Source of the DNA: Mobula hypostoma
Taxonomy: Eukaryota
DNA: 64,000 nucleotides
Assembly: GCF_963921235.1 (NCBI RefSeq)
Contig: NC_086097.1
Span: 160,706,001 to 160,770,000 of the forward strand
Direction: 5' to 3'
The notes beneath the pieces are model-generated. The model was not told the DNA's origin, searched no databases, and saw only the letters and a list, made by a program, of their open reading frames with translations. Of this stretch, positions 1 through 11,699 are shown piece after piece. The position numbers were made by a program, and so were the translations under genes. The first letter of the stretch is position 1. Every line of letters starts with the position of its first letter.

Positions 1-2055
1 GCCAGTTTCGGAAACCATAACTCACCAAAATCGTTTCATACTTGGGCATATGAAGGCTGTGATAGTTTTGCAACAACCTTCATATCCAATCTCAAATTAA
101 ATGGAACATTTAAAAATCCAGACTGGCTGTGGGTGGGAATGTTTGGTTTCTGTTGTGGCAGTTCAGAAGTCTCTCACTATTGGAATTTGGGGTTTTTTTT
201 TGAAAGAAAATATTTTATTCTTACCGCTGTCTTTAAGGTCCATAGATAAGATGAGTTTCTGGCCTCAGAAATGCCATCTCCTTGTATGTTTTTCATGTAA
301 CATGCTGAATGTTAAGTGTTACCCTAGCAGACCAGTGGCAATTGTTTTCGACTGTTGAGACTGGAACTTTTCCCCAGTCTAAAATTGTGCATGTAATATA
401 ATATAACATGTTTAATTTCTGATTATTTATATTTAAACCCAAGAATGAATCAAAAGACTACTTTCCATTCCAGCTGAGGCATTTCTGGGGTTTATCAAGG
501 GCAACCTTGTGTTAAAGCTAATTAATTTGCTTGAGTGCTTCTTCATTTGGTGTACTGTAAAGTAATATGAAGGGTTTGCCATACTTCACTGTAATATTCT
601 GCTCATCTATGCATTTCATAGCTGGAAGATTGTGGAGGATTAGCTGCTTAATCTTGACTTGTCAAATACAATATTTAGATTATGGCCGAGCAATCCTTTC
701 CTATGGTTTTTTAAAACTGTATGTCGACATAAACTGAAAGCAATATTCTCAATGAATTATCTCATCAATACATTTCGCTGATCTCAAAATGCTTAAAACA
801 TTGTACTCTGGTTATATATTCTAGTATGCCATTTTACTATATTATAATTGTTCAATCTTAAAAGGGTTGGTCTAGATTCAATTGCATGATTTTTTTCTTT
901 ACTGTATTTTCTTTTATCCCCAGGAATGGAAATGCAGTTGCAATGATTTCTAGGTTGAATTGCACCATTCTGGAAATCCAATCAGCTATTTCTTGTAATG
1001 GATCATATATGTGTAGATCAGCCATTTTCATCTCTAAAATTACATGTAATGATACTCTCTATTCATAACATTTTAGAAATTAGGGGGAGCTTATTTGACA
1101 AAGTTCTGAGATGTTCCTCGAATCCCAACTAGTTTTTAATTACACTCTGTGATCTGCATTGGCACAATTTGAAGGGGAGGCTTTCTAACCAGAACCAACA
1201 CAGCATTTTCGTACCCGACTCAATTGTGTCTCACATAATTTAGCAAATGGCTTTACTTTGGGGCCACCAGTTTCATTTTCTACACCCGACTCAAAGCCCA
1301 CCTTTCCCACTTTTGCCATGCTGAACCAAAATGTGTTCAATCACTATTTGCAGGGCCTTGATTTGCTGCTTGCTGCAAACACCCACTTATTCACAGCAAT
1401 GACACTCTAAATACATCCTTACATTTCTACATGTTGCTTCACAGTTGTCACTTTACTAACAGTCCCATCACATCCATGCTGAAAATTGGGTTCTGAATAA
1501 CTAATCTAGGACTGCGCCGCCGGGTTCCTGAGGATGTGTTGAAGGAATAAGAATATAAGTCATTGGTATTCGGTGTTGAATACAGTCTGGCTAATCTTGG
1601 TGCTGGGAAAATTAGACGTAGTACAGGAGAAGATACTACAGTTAGTTTTCAGTGAGCTCAACTTTATGGAGAATGACACTCAAACAAGATGAATGTTGGA
1701 GTTATTCAGTTTTGAAGTGATTGACACTAAATAATTTAGTTGCAGGTTCAGCTGAAAGCAGAGATGAATGATATGGAATTAAGAGGAGGTTGGTTTTGTT
1801 GTAATGCTTTATGCATTTTAATAAACAAATATAATTATGCTTGAAATTGCCTACCATTGTTTAACATACTGTCCAAAGAATCAATTTAATGGTATCCAGA
1901 GTGTCTTTTTCAGAGGAAGTCAAGATATTTATATTTCCTGGAAATGTAACAACAGTGAGCATTTATGTTAGGTTCTAATACATAAAATAGAGAATTAGAC
2001 CTGAGATTGCACAGGTTAGTATATTTGGGATCATTACCACCTAGCTATCTAATCA

Positions 2056-2446
2056 GGAACAAGCAAAAATCTGCAGATGCTGGAAATCCAAGCAACACAC
2101 CAAGTTCTGGAAGAACTCAGAAGGCCAGGCAGCATCTATGGAAAAGAGTACAGTCGACATTTCAGGCCAAGACCCTTCCGCAGAACTGGAGGGAAAAAAA
2201 AGATGAGGGATAGAGGAAAGGTGGGGAGGGGAGGGAGAAACACAAGGTGATAGGTAAAACCAGGAGGGGGAGGGATGAAGTAAAGAGCTGGAAAGTTGAT
2301 TGACGAAAGAGATACAGGGCTGGAGAAGGGGGAGTCTGATGGGAGAGTACAGAAGGCCATGGAAGAAAACAAAGGGGTTGGAGCAGCAGAGGGAGGCAAC
2401 AGGCAGGCAAGGAGATGAGTTGAGAGAGGGAAAAGGGGATGGAGAA
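2056..2446 (-). mobile_element. Penelope-like element 3' terminal fragment with degenerate hammerhead motif
   Basis: Begins with the family terminus (AACAAGCAAAAATCTGCAGATGCTGGAAATCCAAGCAACACAC) shared with RT/GIY-YIG-bearing copies. Perfect 14-bp TSD TAGCTATCTAATCA at 2042-2055 and 2447-2460. Confidence 0.85.
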
Positions 2447-3244
2447 TAGCTATCTAATCAATGTTTAGTGATGATAGATCTACACTTATCAAATTCCCCT
2501 TTAAGGCATTAATGATTCTTTGCAAGTTACAGTTTGTACTTCTGTCCTTTTGTATAAAGGCTGCAGTACCAATGTGGAAAGCAAAAAAAAACACAAAGTA
2601 ATTTTGTTTGTTGATGATCCTTTGTGAAATACTGGCTACAGTTCTTACTATCAGGATGATGGTCACTTACTTAAACAGAGCACTTAACACAACAGGTTCC
2701 TAACTTGTAAGTGTGTCCCCATACTTCCTGATGTCATTGATTTCACACGTTAATCATCATCTGTATTTACTAATCTATTTCAACCTGTGCCTACTTTTCC
2801 CAAATTCAGTCTTCTGTCAGTTTCAGTCAGCTGCTTCAATTTCTTTGAAATTTGCTGTACCATTTATGAAAAAATGTGAATACATCTGCTCATAAATAAG
2901 ACATAAGTTGCTAAATGCCTTTTGTTTTAACAATATGATTGTTACAAACCAACTTGGTTTTATAGTCCTATACCATACTTTGCTTCTGGGTGTTCTAAAG
3001 TCTTTACCAGTAACCAAGTATTTGTAGTCTTCAATTCAGCTGTTGCCAACTTGGAAAGATATCACCTAGCTTGAGCATAACATAAACCCATAAAAGCAAA
3101 GCAGTTATAATTAAATTATGAGTTCTACCAATATTCTTGAGGAATAAACCTTAATGTTTGGAGACAGGGAAAATGAACCTGTTGTTCTTTGATAATAAAC
3201 TTGGAACTTTGAAGCATCGTAATGCAGATGAGGATGGATGGCAT

Positions 3245-3840
3245 TATTTCAGAGTTCATACTTGTCAACACATACAACCCTAAGATTCCTTTTCTGCGGA
3301 TATACTCAGCAAATCTACAGAACACTAACTGTAAACAGGAACAAACTGCAACTGCAGATATAAATAAATAGCAATAAATAATGGTTATGAAACAAAAAGA
3401 TAAGTGTAGTTATCCCTTTTTCTTCAAGAGCCTGAAGATTGAGGGGTAATAACAGTTCTTGAACCTAGTGCTTTCAAGTCCTGAGCCACTTGTATCATCT
3501 ACCTGATGGTAGCAGTGAGCAAAAACCATGGCCTGGCTGGTGAGGATCTTTGATCATAGGTTTTGCTTTCCTGTGGCAATACTTCATGTAGATGTGCTCA
3601 ATGGTTGGAAGGGTTTTATCCGTGATGTACTGGGCCGAATCCACTTCCTTTTGTAAGATTTTCTGCTCAAAGGCGTTAATATTTCCATCCCAGGTTGTGA
3701 TGCAGCCAGTCAGCACACTTCCCACCACACATCAATAGAAGTTTGCCTAGGCTTTTGATGACGTGCCGAATCTCTGCAGACTTCTGAGGAAGTAGAGGCA
3801 CTGTCGTGCTTTCCTCGCAAATGTATTTACATGATGGGTC
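3245..3840 (-). mobile_element. Rex1/Babar-type LINE 3' fragment
   Basis: ORF 3495-3728(-) reads LTGCITTWDGN...IKDPHQPGHGFCSLLPSGR, typical of the Rex1/Babar RT C-terminus. Boundaries approximate. Confidence 0.75.
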
Positions 3841-4209
3841 TTAACCAATGGTCAACAGATAAGATGTACAACACACAGTCTTGCACTCGACTGTTGAGTT
3901 ACATCTTGCATTGAAGTCTGGGTTTTATAAACTGGGGGTGGTACAGTAGCATAGCAGTTAGTGCATTGCTTTATGGCGCCAGCGATCACTGATCACTGCC
4001 ATTTCCTGCGAGGAGTTTGTATGTTCTCCCCGTGACTGTATGTGTTTCTTCTGGGTGCTCCAGTTTCCTTCCACATTTTAAGAATGTATGATTAGCTTTG
4101 GTGAGTTGTGGCCATGCGATGTTGGCAGCAGAAGCGTGGCTACCCTTGCAGGCTGCTCAGCACTATCCTCACTGATGTCTTTGATACCAAACAATGCCTT
4201 TCACAGTAT

Positions 4210-4728
4210 ATACGAGGAATTCTGCAGATGCTGGAAATTCAAGCAACACACATCAAAGTTGCTGGTGAACGCAGCAGGCCAGGCAGCATCTCTAGAAAGA
4301 GGTACAGTCGACGTTTCGGGCCGAGACCCTTCGTCAGGACTAACTGAAGGAAGAGCTAGTAAGAGATTTGAAAGTGGGAGGGGGAGGGGGAGATCCAAAA
4401 TGATAGGAGAAGACAGGAGGGGGAGGAATGGAGCCAAGAGCTGGACAGGTGATTGGCAAAAGGGATATGAGAGGATCATGGGACAGGAGGCCCAGGGAGA
4501 AGGAAAAGGGTGAGGGGGAAGCCCAGAGGATGGGCAAGGGGTATAGTGAGAGGAACAGAGGGAGAAAAAGGAGAGAGAGAGAGAAAGAATGTATGTATAT
4601 AAATAAATAACGGATGGGGTACCAGGGGGAGGTGGGGCATTAGCGGAAGTTAGAGAAGTCAATGTTCATGCCATCAGGTTGGAGGCTACCCAGACGGAAT
4701 ATAAGGTGTTGTTCCTCCAACCTGAGTG
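4210..4728 (-). mobile_element. Young 5'-truncated Penelope-like element (end of GIY-YIG ORF + 3' terminal repeat)
   Basis: Nearly identical to 20138-20645 and 30645-31125. Encodes ...LGSLQPDGMNIDFSNF on the minus strand. 10-bp TSD TTCACAGTAT at 4200-4209 and 4729-4738. Confidence 0.9.
4306..4341 (-). ncRNA. Minimal type I hammerhead ribozyme motif (PLE-type)
   Basis: Minus strand AGTC-CTGACGA-AGGGTCTCGGCCC-GAAA-CGTC-GACT has both core boxes, stem I AGUC/GACU, stem II GGGU/GCCC, a loopless palindromic stem III (ACGU) and a GUC cleavage triplet. Confidence 0.8.
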
Positions 4729-5849
4729 TTCACAGTATGTTTTGAGTTTTGTTATACTTGTGACAAATAAAACCTAAGCTTTAAATTTTGTCTTCTTCTC
4801 TCTAATTTTTGCCATGTTGTTATTTTATCCACTATATGCTTTCAATTATTTTACATTGAAGATAAAGTGACTTGACAGTAACAGACGTACAATTATAGTC
4901 TACACAAGTATGATGGACTCAGTTGCTCCTGTAATTTTTTTATTCTAAGAAGAATTGTTATCTTTTTAATGTCTTGTCACCAGTCAGGTGACATGTAATA
5001 TGAATAGTCTTTTCTAATCGGTCTTGAAGATTGAGACAATTTTAGTCCAGTTCCAATCCTAGTAGAATATTACTGGGCATCTATAACCTCCATAATTGGC
5101 TGGTATTTAATTAATAGCTTTTTTTATATTAGTGAAACAAGTTTCATGACTCAAGTGCCCAGTATCAGATGTCGCCAATTATATGCCAAAGTTAAATACA
5201 AATTTGGATTTCTTGTATTTGTTGCTGACTTACAACAAATACAAGGCATTTCTCGTTACATGAATTTTGTTAGCAGGTGTCCACGTTGCTAGGGAACTGT
5301 CTGGTGGTTTAGCAATTTTGAATTTATTGATGGACATTCAAGGCCATCAGAATTCCCCAAAAAGGGTGAAGTGTGTGTTTTTAAGTATTTGTATCTTTTC
5401 AGCCTGTAACCATTTTGGGTGTATTCTGTATAGGTGATAGCAAGTTCAGTTTCATTTCAGTGTATTATGATAAACAGTTCTGAAGAAATCTTTAAACATT
5501 GAACTAAAGACAGAATGAAATCTGCTTATCTTCCAGTTGATCTCGCCAACATCAATAAAGAGAAATTATATGTAGGTTACTGTTTGTGGTATTTTGCTTA
5601 GTTGATAATCAGTATTTCAGTTTTCCGCAATGTTTGTCATTTAAGTTTAGCAATCCTGTGCTCTTTAACAAAATAGCATGTGGAATAGCATGGTCTACCA
5701 GGCAACAGTACTGTCTGCCTTCCGATGTGGTTCTAAGACGTGAGCCAGCTACAATAGGCATTCCAAGGCAGAAAAAAATATGCAATCAGTTCTGTCTGCA
5801 TAAAAAACATTATCCAGTTTACTGGAAGGATAATTGAACCAATGTCATT

Positions 5850-6310
5850 GTGCTCTCTCATTCCCGCATTCCTGGTGTTGAGACCCTAATATACTTCGGT
5901 CATCAAGATTGGCAGGTCACATAAAGCCTATGCTCACCCCAGGTTCTTGACACAGGCATCCTATTCCAAGCTTTGTCATGGGAAGTGATTAGCTGGCAGA
6001 TGGAAGAGAAATTCAAGGCTGTACTCAAAGACTGTATGAAGAACTACAACATCGTCACTCATCCCTGAGAATATTTAAACTGTGAATGCTTTAAATGTAG
6101 ATGGAGCAATTGGTATAGTATTAAGAACCTCGACCATTTATTAGCAGCACAGAGGGCTTGCATGAGAAGGAGGAGGAGGAGGAACATTTTCACAAACTAG
6201 CCACTTGCCTCCCTCTGCCACCTTGTGACACATCTATGAAAGAGTTCCCATGTTCTCATTACCCATAAAATCAGAATGGAAGTAAATTCTACTCTGTTGT
6301 GAAGAATCCC
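5850..6310 (+). mobile_element. Degenerate RTE-clade LINE 3' fragment
   Basis: Decayed translation resembles the RTE C-terminus (..ILFQAL.HGK...GRWKRKFKAVLKDCMKNYNI..). Boundaries approximate. Confidence 0.5.
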
Positions 6311-7901
6311 TAAAGAAGGATGCTGCATCTTATAATATATCCAGATGACAAATCAGCACGTAAGAAGTCAATTTACAAACGTAAATGTACCAAAGTAGTT
6401 TAGACTGGTTCAAATTTATCCTATTGGGTGGTTTACTAATTGCATGCAGCTGCAGTTGCATATCAAAGGAAATTAATCCATAAATGAACTGTACAAAAAG
6501 GAGAATGCATTGTTAGCATGGTAAAAATTGCTAAGATTGTGCCTCGAGCCTTTTTTTGGTTCAAATGAATTGGTGGTTTGTGCAAAAATTCCAAGGTTCT
6601 TCTAGTTTTGGCGACTTCTCATCTGTCTAATTTGATAGGGAAGATGATGCAGGCGGGCTAGGAATAAGGCTAATTATTATGGAATGTGGAATAAAGTTTG
6701 CAAGCTACTGTTGTATCTGCCTGTGGAACATTGGATAATGCAATTGAAAGAATGTGTTTTTCTTGCATAAACATCTCAATTTGATCAGCACACACTGAAG
6801 AAAACGGTGGCATCTTGATTATCTCACTGGTCTAGATTGAAAGAAGATGTTAAGTATCACAATGCCAGTTTGAAAAAATGATTTATTTTTATTTTTGAGT
6901 CAGTGATGATGACCATGAAACTTGACTGGTTCATTAACACCCTTTTAAGATTAGACGTTTTCTGTTTTTGCCCTACCTAACTTGTAAATGACTTCATTCA
7001 TACAATGTGCTTACCTTATTAGTGCCTACAAATGCCTTTCAGTTTATAAATGGACTTTCTCAGGATGAATTGTGTTTTTTACCTGCCCCTTTCCAAAATA
7101 AATATTTTAATTTAGGATTTGAAATCTGCAAAAGAATTCACAATTTAACCTGTTTCAATTTGCTAGATTACTGTTAAACCTTTGAGCAACTAATTTCACT
7201 GTCATTTCTAAAGATTCATATGTTCTACATCTTCCAATTAACTCATCTACAATGTCAGAATAAAACAGTTTAACTGAAGGTTACCGGTTTGTTGAAAGAT
7301 TAAATATTAACTTAATTGCGGCTTTAATTGCACTATTAAATAGTTTTGGAATTCTAAAATTAGATTTGCCTCCTTTTTTTCATATAATGATTTCAATTGT
7401 AATGCAATTCAAAATGTACAGTATTTGTTACTTTAGGTTACAATTATTTCCAGTTTTTTTCCATCTTTAAAACTAAATTAATTGATGCTATTTGTTGCTC
7501 ATGTTTGTAGCTTTCTATTGAAAGAAAAATAATGCAGCATATTACCTTCAGAGCACACTCAAGTTTCCTTTTGCTTCCATCCCTACCTACTGCTGTGGTG
7601 GTGGAATTTTACCTGAAAAGGCACATAAGGTTGCAAACATGAATTGTAACTTTAACCACATTTTTGTACGGTTCTGAAAGTAGTAATGCTCCTTGTAGGA
7701 ACTGTTAAATGGTGCTAGTGTTATCAGTAAATAACTTGGCTCAATACGAAAACCATTGGTGTCTCTAATATTAATAATCCTACAATTTAGCCTTACAATT
7801 TTGCCAAAATGATAAACTAGGCAGCTTCATAGTTGATTGACTTCATAACACTGCTTTTAAATTTTAATAGGAAAATATGAATAGCTGCTAGATCTATGTG
7901 A

Positions 7902-10900
7902 CTTTAAACTAGAATGGTTGGGGGGTGGGAATCAAATTAAAGCGGCTAGGTGTGAGGAGGTTAGTTCACAACAGAGGGATGGGAACCAGTGCAGAGAGAC
8001 AGAGGGGTGTAAAGTGAGCGTAGAAGCAAAAACTACAAAGGGGAAAAGTAAAAGTGGCAGGCCGACAAATCCAGGGCAAGCATTAAAAAGGGCTAAGAGA
8101 GTTGTAAAAGAGTGCCTGAAGGCTTTATGTGTCAATGCAAGGAGCATTCGTAATAAGGTGGATGAATTGAAAGTGCAGATTGTTATTAATGATTATGATA
8201 TAGTTGGGATCACAGAGACATGGCTCCAGGGTGACCAGGGATGGGAGCTCAACGTTCAGGGATATTCAATATTCAGGAGGGATAGACACGAAGGAAGGGG
8301 AGGTGGGGTGGCGTTGCTGGTTAAAAAAGAGATTAACGCAATAGAAAGGAAGGACATAAGCCGGGAAGATGTGGAATCGATATGGGTAGAGCTGCGTAAC
8401 ACTAAGGGGCGGAAGACGCTGGTGGGAGTTGTGTACAGGCCACCTAACAGTAGTAGTGAGGTCGGAGATGGTATTAAACAGGAAATTAGAAATGTGTGCA
8501 ATAAAGGAACAGCAGTTATAATGGGTGACTTCAATCTACATGTAGACTGGGTGAACCAAATTGGTAAAGGTGCTGAGGAAGAGGATTTCTTGGAATGTAT
8601 GCGGGATGGTTTTTTGAACCAACATGTCGAGGAACCGACTAGAGAGCAGGCTATTCTGGACTGGGTTTTGAGCAATGAGGAAGGGTTAATTAGCGATCTT
8701 GTCGTGAGAGGCCCCTTGGGTAAGAGTGACCATAATATGGTGGAATTCTTCATTAACATGGAGAGTGACGTAGTTAATTCAGAAACAAAGGTTCTGAACT
8801 TAAAGAGGGGTAACTTTGAAGGTATGAGACATGAATTAGCTAAGATAGACTGGCAAATGACACTTCAAGGATTGACGGTGGATATGCAATGGCAGGCATT
8901 TAAAGGTTGCATGGATGAACTACAACAATTGTTCATCCCAGTTTGGCAAAAGAATAAATCAAGGAAGGTAGTGCACCCGTGGCTGACAAGAGAAATTAGG
9001 GATAGTATCAATTCCAAAGAAGTAGCATACAAATTAGCCAGAGAAAGTGGCTCACCTGAGGACTGGGAGAAATTCAGAGTTCAGCAGAGGAGGACAAAGG
9101 GCTTAATTAGGAAGGGGAAAAAAGATTATGAGAGAAAACTGGCAGAGAACATAAAAACGGACTGTAAAAGCTTTTATAGATATGTAAAAAGGAAAAGACT
9201 GATAAAGACAAATGTAGGTCCCCTGCAAACAGAAACAGGTGAATTGATTATGGGGAGCAAGGACATGGCAGACCAATTGAATAATTACTTTGGTTCTGTC
9301 TTCACTAAGGAGGACATAAATAATCTTCCAGAAATAGTAAGGGACAGAGGGTCCAGTGAGATGGAGGAACTGAGCGAAATACATGTTAGTAGGGAAGTGG
9401 TGTTAGGTAAATTGAAGGGATTGAAGGCAGATAAATCCCCAGGGCCAGATGGTCTGCATCCCAGAGTGCTTAAGGAAGTGGCCCAAGAAATAGTGGATGC
9501 ATTAGTGATAATTTTTCAAAACTCGTTAGATTCTGGACTAGTTCCTGAGGATTGGAGGGTGGCTAATGTAACCCCACTTTTTAAAAAAGGAGGGAGAGAG
9601 AAACCGGGGAATTATAGGCCGGTTAGCCTAACGTCGGTGGTGGGGAAACTGCTGGAGTCAGTTATCAAGGATGTGATAACAGCACATTTGGAAAGCGGTG
9701 AAATGATCGGACAAAGTCAGCATGGATTTGTGAAAGGAAAATCATGTCTGACGAATCTCATAGAATTTTTTGAGGATGTAACTAGTAGAATGGATAGGGG
9801 AGAACCAGTGGATGTGGTATATTTGGATTTTCAAAAGGCTTTTGACAAGGTCCCACATAGGAGATTAGTGTGCAAACTTAAAGCACACGGTATTGGGGGT
9901 AAGGTATTGGTGTGGGTGGAGAATTGGTTAGCAGACAGGAAGCAAAGAGTGGGAATAAACGGGACCTTTTCAGAATGGCAGGCGGTGACTAGTGGGGTAC
10001 CGCAAGGCTCAGTGCTGGGACCCCAGTTGTTTACAATATATATTAATGACTTGGATGAGGGAATTAAATGCAGCATCTCCAAGTTTGCGGATGACACGAA
10101 GCTGGGTGGCAGTGTTAGCAGTGAGGAGGATGCTAAGAGGATGCAGGGTGACTTGGATAGGTTGGGTGAGTGGGCAAACTCATGGCAGATGCAATTTAAT
10201 GTGGATAAATGTGAAGTTATCCACTTTGGTGGCAAAAATAGGAAAACAGATTATTATCTGAATGGTGGCCGATTAGGAAAAGGGGAGGTGCAACGAGACC
10301 TGGGTGTCATTATACACCAGTCATTGAAAGTGGGCATGCAGGTACAGCAGGCGGTGAAAAAGGCGAACGGTATGCTGGCATTTATAGCGAGAGGATTCGA
10401 GTACAGGAGCAGGGAGGTACTACTGCAGTTGTACAAGGCCTTGGTGAGACCACACCTGGAGTATTGTGTGCAGTTTTGGTCCCCTAATCTGAGGAAAGAC
10501 ATCTTTGCCATAGAGGGAGTACAAAGAAGGTTCACCAGATTGATTCCTGGGATGGCAGGTCTTTCATATGAAGAAAGACTGGATGAACTGGGCTTGTACT
10601 CGTTGGAATTTAGAAGATTGAGGGGGGATCTGATTGAAACGTATAAGATCCTAAAGGGATTGGACAGGCTAGATGCAGGAAGATTGTTCCCGATGTTGGG
10701 GAGGTCTAGAACGAGGGGTCACAGTTTGAGGATAGAGGGGAAGCCTTTTAGGACCGAGGTTAGGAAAAACTTCTTCACACAGAGAGTGGTGAATCTGTGG
10801 AATTCTCTGCCACAGCAAACTGTTGAGGCCAGTTCATTAGCTATGTTTAAAAGGAAGTTAGATATGGCCCTTGTGGCTACAGGGGTCAGGGGGTATGGAG

Positions 10901-11002
10901 GGAAGGCTGGGTTCTGAGTTGGATGATCAGCCATGATCATAATAAATGGCGGTGCAGGCTCGAAGGGCCGAATGGCCTACTCCTGCACCTATTTTCTATG
11001 TT
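7902..11002 (+). mobile_element. Young CR1 LINE, 5'-truncated at the ORF1/ORF2 junction
   Basis: Intact ORF2, CR1 3' UTR with stem-loop and (TTTCTATG)n tail. 9-bp TSD TCTATGTGA at 7893-7901 and 11003-11011. Confidence 0.95.
7903..10917 (+). CDS. CR1 ORF2: APE endonuclease + reverse transcriptase (no in-frame ATG until 8521)
   Basis: Uninterrupted ~1000-codon frame with APE motifs (NARS, ITETW, YRPP, GDFN, SDH) and RT motifs (PGPDG, YRPVSL, QHGF, DFQKAFD, GVPQGSVLGP, FADD). The track start at 7918 is TTG. Confidence 0.95.
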   Translation, partial: FKLEWLGGGNQIKAARCEEVSSQQRDGNQCRETEGCKVSVEAKTTKGKSKSGRPTNPGQALKRAKRVVKECLKALCVNARSIRNKVDELKVQIVINDYDIVGITETWLQGDQGWELNVQGYSIFRRDRHEGRGGGVALLVKKEINAIERKDISREDVESIWVELRNTKGRKTLVGVVYRPPNSSSEVGDGIKQEIRNVCNKGTAVIMGDFNLHVDWVNQIGKGAEEEDFLECMRDGFLNQHVEEPTREQAILDWVLSNEEGLISDLVVRGPLGKSDHNMVEFFINMESDVVNSETKVLNLKRGNFEGMRHELAKIDWQMTLQGLTVDMQWQAFKGCMDELQQLFIPVWQKNKSRKVVHPWLTREIRDSINSKEVAYKLARESGSPEDWEKFRVQQRRTKGLIRKGKKDYERKLAENIKTDCKSFYRYVKRKRLIKTNVGPLQTETGELIMGSKDMADQLNNYFGSVFTKEDINNLPEIVRDRGSSEMEELSEIHVSREVVLGKLKGLKADKSPGPDGLHPRVLKEVAQEIVDALVIIFQNSLDSGLVPEDWRVANVTPLFKKGGREKPGNYRPVSLTSVVGKLLESVIKDVITAHLESGEMIGQSQHGFVKGKSCLTNLIEFFEDVTSRMDRGEPVDVVYLDFQKAFDKVPHRRLVCKLKAHGIGGKVLVWVENWLADRKQRVGINGTFSEWQAVTSGVPQGSVLGPQLFTIYINDLDEGIKCSISKFADDTKLGGSVSSEEDAKRMQGDLDRLGEWANSWQMQFNVDKCEVIHFGGKNRKTDYYLNGGRLGKGEVQRDLGVIIHQSLKVGMQVQQAVKKANGMLAFIARGFEYRSREVLLQLYKALVRPHLEYCVQFWSPNLRKDIFAIEGVQRRFTRLIPGMAGLSYEERLDELGLYSLEFRRLRGDLIETYKILKGLDRLDAGRLFPMLGRSRTRGHSLRIEGKPFRTEVRKNFFTQRVVNLWNSLPQQTVEASSLAMFKRKLDMALVATGVRGYGGKAGF

Positions 11003-11699
11003 TCTATGTGATCGTTTAGGTGGCTTTGCATTGAAGAATGTTTGTAAATTTGAAACAATAGGAATTATTACATTGAGTAAGTATGTTGGATATACCCTGC
11101 AGGCTGAAAATATAATTTCTACAATGCTTTTAAAACTGAAGTTGGGAACTGTGCTGCATTATGTTACTGACTTGTGGGATTCGTTCGCGTTCTTTGCTCC
11201 AGGGAAGAATGAAGCAGGAACCAGATGCTTCTGATGTGAAGGAGAATTGAAGGGCATCAGTAAAGTTATTTTCATTTACATGTAGAGGTCAGTCCTGTTG
11301 TTGTCTTGAGAGCTGCGGATAGGTCGTAGGCAAAATTATTAACAGTACATTATAGTTAATAAGTTATGCATAAATTTGGTTTGGTATTCAGCTGTGAAAC
11401 CTCTGGTCTGTATATTTGTAAAAGTTGTTAAGTTGCCACCACATCTTCTGTTTTTTTTAAAAGTCTGATTTGCATTTTATGAATAATGATTGGGATGATT
11501 ACATTGAAGTAGCTTTATATCCATTAGGTGTCATATTATGTGCGGAAGTTAGTTTATCCCATATACCTTATCTGACCTACTGGTTTCCAAGTTGTTGGCA
11601 GTAAAAAGATTTTTTAATTTTCTTGGCAGAAGTGGTGATTCAGCAGGTAAATGACACAATCTATCACGCACTAACCTGCTTTAGAAGTTATTGAATTAT

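Larger units (their letters stand above)
3933..4790 (+). mobile_element. tRNA-derived V-SINE interrupted by a PLE insertion
   Basis: tRNA-like head (GGTGGTACAGTAGCATAGCAGTTAG) followed by a V-domain-like core (GTTTGTATGTTCTCCCCGTGACTG...GGGTGCTCCAGTTTCCTTCCACA). The body resumes after 4738 and ends near AATAAA. Confidence 0.7.

Noticed and set aside
1..2040. Short ORFs or exons in AT-rich unique DNA (also 4800-7890, 11010-13570 and 59090-59600)
   Set aside because: No recognisable protein similarity or convincing acceptor-donor pairs by eye. Small exons cannot be excluded without RNA data.
3933..4010. tRNA genes (also about 17956 and 54494)
   Set aside because: These are degenerate heads continuous with SINE bodies and show no complete cloverleaf.
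4088..4662. Recurrent 100-150-aa ORFs (MLVNAAGQAASLGRG..., also at 20190 and 30659) as a novel protein family
   Set aside because: They are low-complexity readings of the PLE terminal repeat. Recurrence reflects repeat copy number, and the frames break between copies.
7918..10917. Bacterial retron, group II intron or defence-associated RT
   Set aside because: The APE+RT architecture, CR1 3' tail and TSD identify a non-LTR retrotransposon.
8256..10940. Minus-strand ORFs overlapping CR1 ORF2
   Set aside because: These are antisense shadows of the coding strand with no independent motifs.
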